Source of the DNA: Stegostoma tigrinum
Lineage: Eukaryota
DNA: 64,000 nt
Direction: 5' to 3'
Assembly (NCBI RefSeq): GCF_030684315.1
Contig: NC_081383.1
Location: 3,701,690-3,765,689, forward strand
Shown: piece after piece, positions 61,136 to 64,000 of the stretch
Layout: every line of letters starts with the position of its first letter
How positions within the stretch are numbered: position 1 is the first letter of the stretch
Made by a program: the position numbers and the translations under genes
The notes under the pieces: model-generated
Databases searched by the model: none
The model's input: the letters and a program-made list of their open reading frames with translations, nothing else
Told to the model about the DNA's origin: nothing

Positions 61136-62949
61136 GAATTGTACTTCCCTTTGTAACTGCCAACTGACAAAATCATCACTAAGAAACCAAATAAGAAATT
61201 CAAGAGGGATCTCTTGACCCAAAGAACAGTGAGGATATGACACTACTGCAGAATGCAATCATGTTGGTCAGCTGTCAAGGAAATAAAAATTAATGGAGTC
61301 TCAGACTCTAGCATCCGGAGTGCTGATAAACCCCACAAAGCAGGGATGGGGCAGTGTGGAGTGAGAGTTACTTTTACTGTTTTTTTTTAAAAAGTAGTGC
61401 TGAAATGTATATAAAATTATTTCTGCTGCCACTGGCCATCTGTTATGGGCAAAAGTTCCATTCTCTATCCTCCGAAAAGAAAACACCGCACTAAGGTACA
61501 CAAAGGACACCCAGAAAAAAGCAGTGTGAATCAACTGTGCATCTATTTATTCTCATTTTCTTACATGCAGCCTGTTCCCAATAAGAAAGCTGGTTCTCAG
61601 TCAGCCTGAACCATAGCATTGCAGTATAGAGGCAAGTAGTTACTGTTGTTAGTGATTCATTGGTACAAATATCAAGTGAGAAATGATAAACTGACGACCA
61701 GGAAATCATATGCCTAGTAATATGTGAAACTGGTTTAGTCAGGAGGCAACTGGACTCTGGGTTGTTTTTGACCCCCCTTCCCACAGTACTTTAGCATTTG
61801 TTCTTGTCAACATGTTTTGTGCCTCTGAAATGCTACCTTATATTTTTAAAAAGTGATTTTTAAAAATATTTGAGCCACTATGAACCTCAACATGTTGTTA
61901 ATCTATTGTACTTCTCCAAAGAGGCCATTAACCATAGCCACCAAGCAGGAGTATGCTGGTCAGCAGCAGGGATCACAACATGCATAAGGCTGCAATCAAC
62001 CTCTCGCACATAGGCACTAACGGGAGTCACAAGGTACCATTCAGAAACAAATCTGGTTCAACTCTCCCTTCAACGAAGATTCATCAAAATCCAGTGTAAT
62101 TCTCCCCCAGAAGATCAGCAAACTGATAATCAGACATTAAAACAAAGCTCTTCCCAGTATGCTCAAAATCAGAAATTCTCTCTCCAGTCATATACCTGTA
62201 ATAAATATTTTTCCTATTAATGTTATGATACAGAATATCAAAAGCAGAAGGTGAACACAGCACACTGCACCCATGCCAGCTTTTTCGTAAAAATCAAACT
62301 AGGTCCATTCACCTGCTTTTTCCTCTTAATCCTACATATTTTCCAGATAGGCCACACATCCATGCAGCAAGTTGTTACTGTTAGGAAAGTAAAACTTTTA
62401 ACTGCCCTCCACTACCAGTGGATATCATGTTTAAATACACTATCAAGACCTCAGAATTTTAAATTGCCAGTGCTAAACAAGATTTTCAACTATCATGAAA
62501 AAGGAGCCCAAGACTTTTCTACAGCACACAGAATCCCTAGAGTGTGGAAACAGGCCCTTCGGCCCAACAAGTCCACACCGAACCTCAAAGCATTCCACCC
62601 AGCCCCATCTCCCTCTAACCCACCTAATCTACACCTCCCTGAAACACTACGGGCAGTTTAGCATGGTCAATCCACCTATCCTGCATATATTTGGACTGTG
62701 GAAGGAAACTGGAGCACCCAGAGGAAACCAATGCAGACACGGGGAGAATGTGCAAGTTCCACACAGACAGTCGCCCAAGGCTGGAATCAAAAGGGTGCTG
62801 TGGGCCAGAAGGAAGGCTTATAATGCAGAAGGCACAGCGGGGACACTAAATAAAAACCGAGCATCTCTTTTGACCAATAAGGATGCTGCTACGAAAGTCA
62901 CCATGACAGAAGAGATAATTCCAACATTTGAAGTGTTTAAATTTGCAAA

Positions 62950-63670
62950 GTAGGTTGCATTGGATAGGCTCTGTGCTTAAGAGTTACTAACAAAATGAGG
63001 TTCATCCAAGAATATATATGATATGATATGGAACTCAAGATGTTGGTTTTAGAACTTAGCCTCCCCGATATATTAACGACCTGGATGTTGATCTACAGGA
63101 TGAGGAAAATGCAAAATCTGCAGATAATACAAAACTGCATTATGAATTGTAAGGATAGTACAGAACTCAAAATGGACAGACAGGCGGAATGGGCAGGCAA
63201 GAGACGGATTAAATTCAGTGCAGAGAAGTGAGGAGTGATTCATTTCAGTAGCAAGAATGCAGAGAGACAACGCAAACTAAATAGTACAATTTTAAAGTGA
63301 GCGTGCAATTGAAGGTGACAGAAGATGCGTTGGATAAAACAAAAAATTTTTGGACTTTATCAACAGGGGTAAAGTGTTCAAAAGCAAGGCAATTATTTTG
63401 AAACAGAGAAACACTGGTTCAGCCTGGACTAGAATATTTGCATCTGTTTTGGACACATCTTAGAAGATGCAAAGATATTAAAGAAGGTACAGTTCCGGGG
63501 ATGACGAAATAGAATTGTAACCACTATCCTTGGAGAACGGGTGGTTGAAAGGATATTCAGTAGAAGACCAACTGACTAAATATGCAAAAACTGTTCTCAT
63601 CACTGGAAAGATCAAGAAATAAACAGCATCGACTTATTCTTCCACACAGCTAATTAGCATTTTGAATGAA
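62950..63670 (+). mobile_element. old CR1 LINE fragment
   Basis: Degenerate YINDLD / ADNTKL / KFSAEKC region. Confidence 0.65.
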
Positions 63671-64000
63671 CTTTTTAAAAAATATTCACTCACAGAACAT
63701 GGGCATCACTGGCTGGCCAGCATTTATTACTCATCCCAAGATGGCCTTTCATAAGGTGGTGCTGTTAGTTGTGAACTGCAACAGTCCACCTGCAGTGGGC
63801 TGACCCACAATGCCTTTAGGGAGGGAATTCCAACATTTTGACCCAGTGACAGTGCAGGAACAGCAATATATTTTTAAGTCAGGAGGGTAAGCGGCTTGGA
63901 CGGAAACTTGCAGGTGTTCTTGTTCGCATCTATCTGCTGCCCCTGCCTTTTAGATAGAAGTGGTCATGAGGTTGAAAGGTGCTGACTAAGGATCTTTGGG

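Noticed and set aside
56335-64000. Further upstream MFSD14A exons
   Set aside because: The expected ...LAWYGFGS.PW exon was not found; the region is intronic LINE/SINE sequence and the exon presumably lies beyond the window

Overview
Vertebrate genomic DNA, almost certainly from a cartilaginous fish, judged by the repeat families (HE1-type V-SINEs, HER1/CR1 LINEs, Deu-type SINEs, abundant Penelope-like elements). Two spliced genes lie on the minus strand. (1) A complete 8-exon VCAM1/MAdCAM1-family adhesion gene (30527->10159, predicted 647 aa): signal peptide, integrin-binding D1 with a WEKAIDSMP motif, D2, D3, three 97-98.5% identical 273-nt Ig exons, then TM and tail. It also has a candidate alternative terminal exon after D3. 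(2) The last three coding exons of MFSD14A/HIAT1 (56334->52714), followed by about 10 kb of repeat-poor sequence. The rest is mostly retroelements. The Penelope-like elements carry a minimal hammerhead-ribozyme core (CUGANGA-stem II-GAAACGUC) in their 3' tail. Several insertions are fold-back structures, including ~180-220 bp tail-only hairpins flanked by 13-bp target-site duplications. Exon boundaries were read by hand from splice sites and reading frame. Repeat boundaries are approximate, and family names are from recognition, not a database search.
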